A program made the translations under genes and the position numbers. Of a DNA stretch of 64,000 bases, positions 26,262 through 41,437 are shown in pieces. Source of the stretch: the human T2T-CHM13v2.0 reference genome, Homo sapiens; the NCBI RefSeq assembly GCF_009914755.1, contig NC_060926.1; one strand, 5' to 3'. Positions within the stretch are counted from its first letter, which is position 1. Each line of letters opens with the position of its first letter. Under the pieces are notes generated by a model that had not been told where the DNA came from, did not search any database, and saw only the letters and a program-made list of their open reading frames with translations.

Positions 26262-26579
26262 CTTTCTCTTTCTTTTTTTTCTTTTTGAGACAGGTTCTCA
26301 CTTTGCATCCAGGCTGAAGTGCAGTGGCATGATCACTCTCACTGCAGCCTTGACCTCCTCAGCTCAAGCAATCCTCCCACCTCAGTCTCCCAAGAAGCTG
26401 GCTGGACTACAGGCACACACCACCATGCCCAGCTAATTAGATATATATATTTTTTTTCTGTAGAGAAGGTGTCTCATTGTGTTGCCCAGGCTGGTTTTAA
26501 ACTCTTGAGCTCGAAGCGATCCTCCTGCCTTGGCCTCCCAAAGTGCTGGGATTATAGGCATGAGCCACTGCTCCCAGCC
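26262..26579 (-). mobile_element. AluJ-type
   Basis: Antisense dimer; TSD-like TTGCCTATCTT/TTGTCTATCTT. Confidence 0.9.
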
Positions 26580-26936
26580 TCTTGTCTATCTTCAATATGT
26601 GTTACTTTCTCTCAAATCCTTTTTAAAGTTTCTTCATTTATCATTCATCTTTAAAAATTAGAAAAAGTTCCTTTTCTTTACCTTCTATTTCCTTGGAAAC
26701 CTAATGTATTGTTTTTATTAGTTCTAGGTTAGTGTTTACTTTTGAAATTTTTCTTCTTTCATTTCTAATTATTTCCTGAGATCTGTTACCTCCTGTATGA
26801 TTCTTTTCTATGTTTTATTTATGTTGTTTCTTCAAATATTGTATTCTTTTCTTTATGTCCTTTAGCTCATTTTGAAATAGTTTCAACAGTTTTGATCTGT
26901 TCTGTGAGCATAACTGAGTGCTTTCATTGTGGATAG

Positions 26937-28594
<1,658 letters not shown>

Positions 28595-29254
28595 GATCAT
28601 GGAGATGCTATCCTATTTCTTATTTTCTTTTATCATATAATATTATAACTGTGTGAAATTTGATCGCAATTCTTCTTTATTTTTTTGGTAAGAAAGGTTT
28701 TTATTCTTTAATATAAAACTAATTATTCTGAACTTTTGCAAGAAAGTGTAACTGAGCATAACTTCTGTTGTTTTCATGTAGCATTAAAAATGATGGCAGC
28801 ATGTTTTCTGAAATTTTAATAGAAAAATATTGATTTCTTCTATTTTCAAATATATAGCCATAGAGTTCAAATTAATATTCACTCACAATATATTCTCATA
28901 GTATCTATTTTCTTGTGTTTCTCTCTTCTATATTTTTTCCCTTAATTAGGTTTGAGGAACATTTACCTATTAAGCTTGGTGACTTTATTTATACTTCCAT
29001 AATTTTAGAAACATTTCAATAATTTTAACATTTGTCTTTATTAATTCATTTCTTTTACTTTCTTTTGGTTTCTTCATTGTTATTTTACTACCTTCTTAAA
29101 AGTGGAACTCTTTTACTTTTGGTACTCAGGCTATAAATTTTCCTTGGAGTAAAATTTTAGCTGTTCCCCATTGGTTTTCTTGTAAAATACTCTCCTTTTC
29201 ATGATTTTCTATAAAATTTGTAATTTCAGTTTTAATTTCCTCTTTGGTCAAGAA

Positions 29255-30172
29255 AATTTCATATAAGAATTAATGGGATATGAAACAAAAGCCATACAGA
29301 TAAGCAATTATACCACAAAGTGAATTTGACCCCCCACATTTTAGATTATATCAAAGCAGTACAGTAATTCACTAAGAGGAAGGGATACATTTTGAATAGA
29401 ATTAGTGAATACATTCTTGGATTGTTTGATAATTCAATTAATGAAGATCATAAAATCACATAACATAATGGAAAAGGATTTGTGTTACTTAGTGATTTGA
29501 CATAAAATATTGGACAAAAAATAATTATGTAAAATCTATGTAAGTCTTACAATGAGAGCAATGATGACAAACTAGCTAATGAAGGTCATCAATTCAAAGA
29601 GAACTTAAAGTTAGTCACTGAACAAGGAAAATTGAAATGACCTGAAATCTTAGTTCATATATGAAAGAAACTTGATAGAGAGTTCCCCAAATTTAACAAA
29701 AATCCTACAAAGTTACATGACAATAGCAATATCACACTGTAATGTTGCAGGTAACTTTTCTAAACCATCATTAATAAAAAGCAAATTTTAATCAACCATG
29801 CTAGAAGAAAAACTAAAGTATCTATTTTTACTATGAAAAAAATATAAAATAATTGCCATATAAAGATACAATCAAAGAATCTGTGGCAAAAATATTATAG
29901 AGGTATATCAATATTAATTGCCTATGTCAGGCAGTTAATAAAAATATTATTTTCTTTTACTATTTTAGTTTTCTGTATTTTCTAATGTTTGCAGAATGCA
30001 TTAGCTTTATAAAATTTTAGTTTACTATCATTTCTCTTTTCATTCAAAATAAATATTCATGTTTATATCTAGTTTTGTATTTGGAATTTTACATGATGTT
30101 TCTTAAAGAATACCCCTTCTTTTCCCTTCCACACATTTATATGCTTTAGGCCTCATGAAGCTTGTCTGCCCA
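29255..30172 (+). mobile_element. hAT-Tip100 (Zaphod-like) transposon 3' part with transposase C-terminal domain remnant
   Basis: ~29669-29822 translates NLIESSPNLTKILQSYMTIAISHCNVAGNFSKPSLIKSKF*STMLEEKLKYL, matching the hAT dimerisation-domain pattern (FPNL..L...MT.P..S..ER.FS.L..IK...RSTM..RL). Confidence 0.75.
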
Positions 30173-30701
30173 GACTTGGACTAATCCCAGTTTCTCTGCT
30201 TCTCATTCATAAACATACTACTTATACTAGCTTTTTTCTTGAGGGATAATGATGGTTGATTTCCATGTATTACTTGCGCTGGGTTTTCCAGAGGATGTGA
30301 AGCTGAAGATAATACCAATTTAGTTTTCTTACTATGCTCCCAAGCACTGTCTAAAAAAGATGAAATGCAAAATGGCTTTTGAACCACTTGGCAGCCATTT
30401 GGAAAACTAAAATGAAATTGGATCACTACCTTGCTCTTTGTATCTAATACATTCCAGGTGGATCAAAGATATAAACAAAAAAAAATGAACTTACAAAATG
30501 CTAGCAAAAACATAGCAGAATTTCTATATAATAACAATGTGGCAAAAGGCTTTTTATGTTTGATACAAATCCCAGAGGCCATAAAAAAGATTGATAAATT
30601 TTAATGCAAAAAAATGAAAAAATTTTACTTGTCAAGAAATAATAAAGTTAAAAGACTAATAAGTTGAAAAAATGACTATAACGCATATCCCATAGGGTTT
30701 A

Positions 30702-31187
<486 letters not shown>

Positions 31188-31529
31188 TCAGATTGAAGAA
31201 GCTCTCAAAGTTTGTAACACATTGTATAGGTGAGGATATTGGGAAGTAAGTACACTATTGGTATAAGTGTAAACTGATAAACTTCTGGAAAGGGCAGATT
31301 AAATTTGACACAACAACTTCATTTCTCAGAATTAATATTATAGGTACATTTGTAAATTGTTGCAAGTGGAAGGGCATTCACTGTAGCATTGTTTATAATA
31401 GCAAAATGTCAAAACAACCTCAATCTCTATCAAAAGGGGACTTGTTAAATGCATTATGGTATATCTACCAATGAAACATTTTGCAGTGATAAAAAAATAG
31501 AGTAACTCTATATATGCAGACATGAAATC

Positions 31530-31919
31530 TGGTATGGTTTGAATGTGTCTCCCCAAAAGCAGGTGTTGGAAACTTAATCCCTAATGCAACAGTGTTAGGA
31601 GGTAGGACATAATAGGAGGTGTTTAGGCCATGAGGGCTCTAACCTCATCAATGAATTGATGGCAATTATAAAAGGGCTTGAGGCTTTGAGTTTGATCTCT
31701 GGCTATCTCTTTTTCATGAGTGCCCTCTTGCCTTTCTATCTTCTGCCATGCGGTGTGCTCTCTTGCCCTTCCATTTTCCACCAGGAAGGCTCTAGCCAGA
31801 TGTGGACCCTTTAACCTTGGACTTCCCAGCCTCTAGAACTCTGAGTAATACACTTCTTTTCTTTATAAATTACCCAGACTGTGGTGTCTTGTTATAGCAA
31901 GACAAAATGAATGAAGACA
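31530..31919 (+). mobile_element. MST-family (MSTB-like) MaLR solo LTR
   Basis: TGGTATGGTTTGAATGTGTC..GGAAACTTAATCCC..CTTGGACTTCCCAGCCTCTAGAAC..TTATAAATTACCCAG..AAGACA. Confidence 0.85.
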
Positions 31920-32649
31920 CCATCCTAAAGACACATTGTTAAAAATGCAATATTCAGGGTAGGACACTGACATTTAAATGGATAAATTCAAGGCTTAAAC
32001 CTAGTGGTTGCCTCCAGCAGAGAACTAGGGAGTTGGGGGATGGGGGACAGGTAATGAGGTGGGTAGGTGGGTGGGAAGACTTACTTTTCACTACATATCT
32101 TTCCGTACTTTTGAATATTCTTTCATGTACCTATATTACTTATCAAAATGATACAATTATTTATTAAAAATAAGAGCTACCCAGTAACTAGGCTAGTTCC
32201 TGGCCTAGACAATATATCCTGTGGGCATCTGAGCACTGTTGGTAGTTCTTTCCCTGAAAATACATATTTAGTACATGGAGAAAAAGCAAGGTAGCCCCAG
32301 GCTGAAATATAACATTATCCTCTGTAAAGAAGATCGTCACTCCAACAGTGATCTGTGAATGATTGCTTAGGAGTTTCTTAGCTGTTGAAATACCAGTCAT
32401 GGTCTAAGCTCAGGAGAACATAGAGAGCTTAGCATGTCTAAAGTGGAAGTCTATTCAGCTGTCCAATGTGGAGGAAGACTGAGCTGATAGATGGGATCTG
32501 GGCAGTGTGTGATCTAGAAAAGGGAGTCAAGAATAGAATTTGACAGTATTCATCTAGTACTGACTGAGGGAGAGGATGCTCTCTGTAGTGTACAGTTATG
32601 TCTTTTAGTTTTCCTGTAAAATTAGTAACTGCCATTTCAGGGATCTTTG

Positions 32650-32892
32650 AGTAGTGGCTAAGAACATGGCCTTTAGAGACAAACAGACCTGGATTCAAAT
32701 CCCAGTTTTTTTCTATCAGCTAGATGATTTTAGGCAAATGCTAATTCTCTGAGCTCCAGTTTATGTATTATTAAAATGTGGATAATAACCTCTACCTCAA
32801 ATACTCTTGTGGATTAAAAAAAAAAACAACATAGAAAAAGTCTAACACAGTGTCCAGCATATAGTTGGTGCTCACTAAATAATAACTATTAT
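32650..32892 (+). mobile_element. MIR
   Basis: CAGACCTGGATTCAAATCCCAG..CTCTGAGCTCCAGTTT..ACAGTGTCCAGCATATAG. Confidence 0.8.
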
Positions 32893-34876
32893 TTTTATTT
32901 ACAGATGGCTTTTATCTTCTCTACCACTTAAGTGCCTAAAGATCAATTAATAATTGGAATGAATTAAATTGAATCAAACATTTAACATCTTGCTATTAGC
33001 AAGATAAACATAGCCTTCAGACAGGGTCTCCCAGATGAAGAGGGAAACTTAGACCTTTTTCTTTCTTTCTTTTGTTCCCTTATTTATTTATTTGGAGGCT
33101 TTTAGTATAAAAAATAAATGAAAAATTTCAAAACTGTGTTCCAAAAAATCGTGGTGTCTTTTAAATATTGTTTACATGAAACATAATAAAATATATTTGT
33201 GTTATTCACATGAAAATAGTATTTGAAATATGAACTGTATAGTGCACCACAGGTAGGACACAACATAGATGAAAGTTTCTTTTAGTCACTGTGCGCCTCT
33301 GGAACTGGATGAATGGTCTCCTTCGATGATAAAGTCAAATGTCTAAAGTTGAAGTTCTTCATGGAGATGAGAACCAGCCAGATGGCCATCTTGAATCCCC
33401 AGGCCCTGTTCTATGGAGCAAAGCAAAATAGAAAGGCAAACTCCTCTAATGGGCTACAAAACTTAGCATACACATTTTTCTCTTCCACTTGCTCAGCATT
33501 TCTAAGTTGCTAATGACAAAAGCCAGCATTTGTGTCTCATGTCTTCCTCTCGGCTGGTGTGACACAGTCTTTAATCTGGGCAGGCTGCCCCTTGGGGGCC
33601 AGGATAATGCCCTTGTAATGCAGGGAGCACTCAATCCACTCACATTTCCCTGTATCATGGTGAGTTGCTTCATCCCAGTTAAAAATCAAGAAATGATACA
33701 GTTAAAAGACTCTTCAAGAACCAAGAAATAGCTCCTAAGTGGGGTCTTCAGTTGGATGCCAAAGAGAAATGGCTCATTTTCTCCTTGGTTGAGTGAATTT
33801 TTGCTGCTGACCTGTAAATTCTAAACTATTTGAAAGTTACTGGCTGGGAAATTAATGGAAACTGAGCTGGAAATTTTTTCTTTCTTACCCTTATGTGTGA
33901 TGCCTTATTTAAAATAATTCAGACTCAAAGTGAATTTCTAGCAAATGGTGCTAGGCTGCTATTAAATTTATTGATGGTGAATACATCATCCTTGCTTTTT
34001 ATGTATGATGTCGCTGATGTGGTGATTTTTTTTAAGCCTCATGGTAAGACTTTTTAAAAATTCACCTTTTCCATGTGCCCCATAGTGCTAAGTGAGTTCA
34101 GGTTAAGACGCCATTTAGCAAATTAATTTACCATGTTGATATTTTATGGTAAAGCTTTGGAAAACCATTAAAGAAACCACATTTACTTTTTATATATTGG
34201 GATGTTTTTTATGTGCTAAGATTTTATATAAATTTGTTATTTATCTTGATGAAAGCCAGATAAATAAATGCTCCTATTGTGCCTAATAACTCAACTCTTT
34301 GCTTTCACAAGGCCAGAGCAAGGCTGAAAGGAAATTCATCTCAAAGCTATTAAGAAAAGCCAGATAGAAGGAGAGCATAAAAATGAAATGAACGATGGTG
34401 AAAGGGCCAGACCCTCTTCCAGCCTGCTCTACATCATCCCAGCTACCCAGATGGAACAAAGATTTAGAGTTCCAAACAGAATTCAAGAATAGAAAGAAAC
34501 AATGCGGGATGGTCTGAGAAAGGGATCAATCCATCCTGTGTTCATAGGAGACACAGGGAGAAAAAGAAATCATTCGGTGAAAAGTCTCAGCAGCCCAAAG
34601 CAGAAATAATATGACCACCCGCAAACTGCCACCATGGCCCCCATTTGAATACACCTCAAAAGCAGCCCTTGCTTCTATTACTCTCTTTATTCCCCATATG
34701 TGTGAGGAGATGAAACAAAGGAATGAAGAAACTACCTGGGTGCCTCCTCCTTCATACTTAGGGGAGGGTTTGGTCCCAACGTTCAAGTTTACTGAAGCCC
34801 CTGGTGGCCAGAATGCAAAGAACATGATAGGTGATACGGACTTTGAGAATTTTCTCTAATAACCTACGGTAGGTGA

Positions 34877-35272
<396 letters not shown>

Positions 35273-35519
35273 TGAGTCTGCATATCTTATCTTTCCATCA
35301 AGTTGGACGTCATTCCAAATTCCTGAAGAATCCAGTTTTTAGTTCCCACCTACCTAATGCTGTTCAGTCAGCTGTCATGTTCTTCTCATTTTTCTTGGTC
35401 CAAATCCTGTCTACCCCTCAAAGAGTAGCTAAAGCTATTTCCACTTTGAGAAACCTTTTGTAACAGCATAGGTCATTCATCGTGGCCACCTTTTTCCTAT
35501 GTTTGGAGAATGACAGCTC

Positions 35520-35930
35520 TAAGGCACGTCTACTTTTCCCTACTACCATAATCATGCTGGATACCCATGTCCTCGGCTTCCTTTGCAGTTAGGGTGTGGT
35601 CATGTGACCTAGACTCTCCCAGTGAAATGCCCACACCCTAAACTAGCTGTGAGAAGAAGCTGGGAAATTGTAGACTCCTTTCTGGTGGCCAGTGGGGCCA
35701 GCAGCAGTGGCAGACCACCTGGCTCCCAGAGGCAGTAAATGGCTGTGTTTCCTGCAGCTGAATTCTGCTTTGGTGGTGGTGTCTTGGTAAGCAGCACAGT
35801 CTGTGCTCAGCAGTAGTGGCTGTGATATCTTTGCTGTTCCAGTTGCCTGCATAATTTGGAGCATTGTTTCTGCCTGCACGATCTAAGACTGGTTCTCCAG
35901 CTTCTCAGAGATTCTGTAATACACCTTCTA
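35520..35930 (+). mobile_element. ERVL LTR (LTR33/LTR16-like); probable 3' remainder at ~37035-37090
   Basis: CTTTGCAGTTAGGGTGTGGTCATGTGACCTAGACTC motif; AATAAATTCCTTCTGCTT tail after the L1/Alu insert. Confidence 0.55.
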
Positions 35931-35934
35931 GTGT

Positions 35935-37029
<1,095 letters not shown>

Positions 37030-37374
37030 TAATTTTTAAATAAATTCCTTCTGCTTTAATTGAATTTCCTACAACTAGAATCCTCACTGATCCATTCTTT
37101 ATTCAGTCCACTGAATTTATCCAAGTGTGGATAAATCCCTGGATGTAAGATGCATTTCTCCTTTCCTGGGTTGTAACCTACTGGGGATCAGAGAGCTGAT
37201 CACCTACTTCTGTGTGTTTCCCATAGTGCCTAACCTGTAGCTGAGCAATTACAAGACTTTAAATGCACACTTGTTCATTGGGGGATTGTTGATTGGTTAA
37301 TCCAAACAGTTCCTTACTTACCTCAAAATTCTGGAAACTTGTCTTTTATTCTCTCAGTAAGCAGACTCAATCAT

Positions 37375-37625
37375 GGAGATATGTAGCAGGTACTAAGGAC
37401 ATGGATTTTGGAGACTGGTCAAATTTGATTCTAATTCTATCTCTACTTATTACTAGCTGTGGAACCCAGAACTAATTAATTAACCCCTCTGAGCTTTGGC
37501 TTTCCTATTTACAAATAGAGATGACAACAGGTATCTCAGATAAGTGTTATGGGGATTAAACTATATCCTGTATGTAAAATAATAGAACAATGATGCATGA
37601 AAATTGCTCAATAAATGTTAGTTTC
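37375..37625 (+). mobile_element. MIR
   Basis: TTATTACTAGCTGTG..TAACCCCTCTGAGCTTTGGCTTTCCTATTTACAAATAG..GCTCAATAAATGTTAG. Confidence 0.8.
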
Positions 37626-37707
37626 CTCTGCACCCCCACATCTCTCCCAATCCTGTCCCTAGTTATCTGGCTGAGAGATGCACCCTAGCTAAATTTGCTG
37701 TTTTACA

Positions 37708-37928
37708 TTGAGTACACAAGGACACAAAGGAGGAAGTGATAGACATTGGGGCCTACTTGAGGGTGGAGGGTGGGAGGAGGGTGAGGATCAAAAAACTACC
37801 TGCTGGATACTATGCTCATTATCTGGGTGACAAAATAATCTGCACACCAAACCCCTGCAACACATAAATTCCCTGTGTAACAAACCTGCACGTATACTTC
37901 CAAAACCTAAAATACAAGTTGGAAAAAC
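37708..37928 (+). mobile_element. short L1PA/PB 3' UTR insertion
   Basis: GGGGCCTACTTGAGGGTGGAGGGTGGGAGGAGG..GTAACAAACCTGCAC; perfect 16-bp TSD AATTTGCTGTTTTACA at 37692-37707 and 37929-37944. Confidence 0.9.
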
Positions 37929-39029
37929 AATTTGCTGTTTTACAGAATTATCAGGAGGATAGAGCAATGCTGCTCCTTACATGACTTAATATTCTTGCAA
38001 ATGAGTATTATGTCAAGGGGTTACAACCATCTGGGGGAGAGAGGGAAAGACCTTACCCAAACCCAGTTTAGAGAGCAGAAAGCTGTTGATTTTAGAGAGC
38101 GCAAAGGTAAAGTTGCCACTGGAAAGGAAGGAACAGGCTGCAAGGGAGGCCTGAGCTCTGCTGTTTACATGTCCTGTTTCCCCAGAGGACTCTTTTTTTG
38201 GGTTATGACCACATAGGCATAGAAACTTTTCGAAGCAAAGTTGATGTTTGTTTCAGATGACCTATTTCTAGGGGGCATTGTGGGATCTGACTTGAAGAAG
38301 CCATGTGTATACCACAGGCTGAAGGATTAATTGTGGGGGGTGTCTTGCACGAATGTTGGTGTGTTTTGTGAAGACTGTTGTCTGTCACAGCTGTTTTTAT
38401 CCATAGTACATTCAGAGAAAGTTTCCATCCTGGGGGGCTTAAAATAAAGCATCTAATTGAGTGAAACTTTTCCTGTAATGATTGTGAGAGGGTTGAGCTA
38501 CATCTTTGTGATAAACTAATGGGAGTTGAATCTGGCTTTTGAATGAAGCTTACTTGGAGGACAATATAACTTGATATTTTGTGTTAAAATTTTCTTTATC
38601 TTTTACCAAGTAATTTAAATTCCATCAGCAGAGGTCAATATCCTGCTACAGGTTCCTCAGTGAGAGCTCAATAAATAAATCTAGAGGCGTTAACAGACAA
38701 ATTTTTTTTATTAATGTGTAAATTATTGCATGGAAGGCCTTTGTGAGAGTGGGTTTTAGTAGTGAGCAGAGGGAAGTGATCATGGCGGGGAATCAGATTC
38801 CTAAACACGACACAGTGAATGAGAAAACAGCAGGCAGGATGGAGAGGCTGCAGATACAGAAGTTAATTTAACGTCTTGGTTTCCCAGAGACGGCTCTATC
38901 TGGCTTCATTCAGTCATTCAACATTTAGTGAGCACCTATTATAGACCAGGTTCTGTGCCAGGAACTTCAGTGACAAAGCAGGGCCTTTATTGTGAAAATC
39001 TTTTTGTTGTGTACGGACCTGAACCTAAT

Positions 39030-39205
39030 CTTCCTTCCGTAGATTAGATCCTGGAACTCAGGAACCTGAATTCTAGCTTAACCCACTCGAACTGTAGCCA
39101 GCCTTTAGATCTGTGAGCATGAGAATAAGGGACTGTTGTCGTAAGCCTCTGGTTTTTGGGGTAGTTTGTTACATAGCATCATTGTGGCAATAGCTGATTA
39201 ATACA
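39030..39205 (+). mobile_element. MLT1 LTR 3' fragment
   Basis: TAAGCCTCTGGTTTTTGGGGTAGTTTGTTACATAGCA..GCAATAGCTGATTAATACA. Confidence 0.7.
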
Positions 39206-40058
39206 TTATAATAGATTTGGATTGTCTTCTGAAAGCATCAAGGAGCCACTAAAGAATATTAATCAAGGGAGAAGTAGATAACTTTTACCTTTCAGAATGA
39301 TCTCTCTGGCTGCAATGATCTCCTGGGTAGCCACTGCTCCTCCATCTTGGGTGCCAGCATGAGATACATGGAGCAGCACTCAAGCCCAGAGTAGCTGCCA
39401 GTCCAAAGACAATGAGAGCCAAGTAGAGCATATCCTAACCAACCTGTAGCTTGCAACCTAAAGAATGGATTGAAGATGGCAAGACTAGACAGAGAGAGAC
39501 CATCAAGGAGACTGTTGCAATCATGTAGGCTTGAACTTGGGAAGTGACAGTGGGAGAGAGGGGACTATTTAGGAGATAGAATTCATTGGCTATGGTGATG
39601 ATCAGATGTGAGAGTTGCAGGAGAGAAAGGTCAAGGATAACTTGGTTGGTCAATAGGGCAGACAATAGTGCCCTTCACTGAGATATAACACTCAGGGGAA
39701 CATATTGTTTTCCAGGGGGAGATGGCAGGAGAGGCAAACAGCAGATTCACTTTAGAGCATATTGAATTTGTGTGTTCATGAGATGTCCAAGTTATGTCTA
39801 GAAGACATTTAGATATTTAGTTGGCGTTATCAGCAAACAACAGCAAGAGGACCCCAGCAAATAGATGAACCTTCCCAAGGAGATTATGTAGTCTGAGAGT
39901 AAAAGAAGTCCAAGGACAGAACTCCAGAGAGCATGGACATTTAAAACATGGATCAAAGAAAAGGAGACTGAGAAGATGTTGCAGAAAGGAGGAGACAGTA
40001 GAATCATGCAAATTGAGAGAGTAAAGAGTTGCACAAAGGCGGGAGTGGTAATGAACAA

Positions 40059-40367
40059 TTTTATTTATGTGTTTATTTATTTATTTTTAGATAGAATCTC
40101 TCTCTGTTGCCCAGGCTGGAGTTCAGTGGCATGATCTCAGCTCCTGTAACCTCTGCCTCCTGGGTTCAAGTGATTCTCCTGCCTCAGCCTCCCAAGCAGC
40201 TGAGACTACAGGCACGCGCCACCACACCCAGCTAATTTTTGTATTTTTAGTAGAGATGGGATTCGCCGTGTTGGCCAGGCTGGTCTCAAACTCCTTACCT
40301 CAAGTGATCTGCCCGCCTCAGCCTCCCAAAGTGCTGGGATCACAGGTGTGAGCCACCAGGCCCAGCT
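40059..40367 (-). mobile_element. Alu (S-type)
   Basis: Full antisense dimer with (TTTA)n tail. Confidence 0.95.
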
Positions 40368-41132
40368 ATGGGCAAATTTTGCAGAGAGACAGAGAGTGTA
40401 TTAGTACATGAGCTAAAGTGATTTAATAACTGGTACTGGAGTGAAAAAGAATTGGGTTTGAGTCCTGGCTCAGCAGTTTATGGCTATGTAATCCTTATCT
40501 TACTTTTCAAAGGCTATTTAGTCATCTATAAGTTGGGAACAATCTCAGTATCTATCTCATATGGCTGCTGAAAGGACAAACGAGATTGTGGATATATGAG
40601 TACTTACCTAGGACAGTTTCTGATGGATAATGAGCCCTCATTAAATTCTAAATATTATTGTTATTGTTAGTCATTACTTAGCAAAAGCAGATCATTGGTG
40701 ACCAAGATGAGGGCAGTTTCAATGACATGGTAGGGCAGAAGCGAGGACACAGTGGGTCAGGGAGTGAATAGGAGCTGAGGAATTAAAGAAACTCTTGCAG
40801 AAAATTCTATTGCCTGACATGAAGAAGAGAAAATATATAGGATAGTAACTTGAAGAGAAGCACAACTGAAGACAATTTTGCTTTGTTTTGTTTGTTTCTT
40901 TTACAAGAAATAAAGTTGGCGTGCTTATAAGCTGTGGAGAGAGTTTCAAGAAAGGAAAGAGAAAGACAATTGGCAAAGTAGGGTCTTATAGGAAAAAACA
41001 AATAGAACCCCAGGAATGAGTGGTGAATTAAGCCTTCAATTAGTGAAGACAAAAACAAAAACCACCCAGGCTTTCCACTGGAAAGGGAAATAAAGAAAAG
41101 TTTTTTAAAAGGTAAGTACAATGAAATGTTAA

Positions 41133-41437
41133 ATTTTTTTTTTTGTTTTTGTCTTCTTGTTTTGTTTTGCTTTTTTTGAGACAGAGTCTTGCTGGAGTGC
41201 AGCGGCATGATCTCAGCTCACTGCAACCTCCGCCTCCCAGGTTCAAGCAATTCTCATGCCTCAGCCTCCTGAGTAGCTGGGACTACAGACATGTGCTACC
41301 ACACCGGGCTAATTTTTGTATTTTTGGTAGAGATAAAGTTTTGCCATGTTGGCCAGGCTGGTCTTAAACTCCTCCTTGAACCTGCCTCAGCCCTCTCAAA
41401 GTGCTGGGGTTACAGGTGTGAGCCACCAGGACTGGCC
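41133..41437 (-). mobile_element. Alu with small internal deletions
   Basis: Antisense dimer; TSD-like AAATTTTT on both sides. Confidence 0.9.

Larger units (their letters stand above)
38905..40900 (-). mobile_element. L2 fragments interrupted by MLT1 pieces, an Alu and a MIR
   Basis: CATTCAGTCATTCAACATTTAGTGAGCACCTATT (L2 3' end), GATCTCTCTGGCTGCA, GCCCTTCACTGAGAT, GAGATGTCCAAGT. Confidence 0.7.

Noticed and set aside
25588-26436. Long K/E/R-rich and F/L/S-rich ORFs (160 aa and 252 aa)
   Set aside because: Translations of a CT microsatellite running into L1 and Alu.
34611-34859. 82-aa ATG-initiated ORF in unique DNA
   Set aside because: No recognisable homology, promoter or supporting exon structure; this length is expected by chance.
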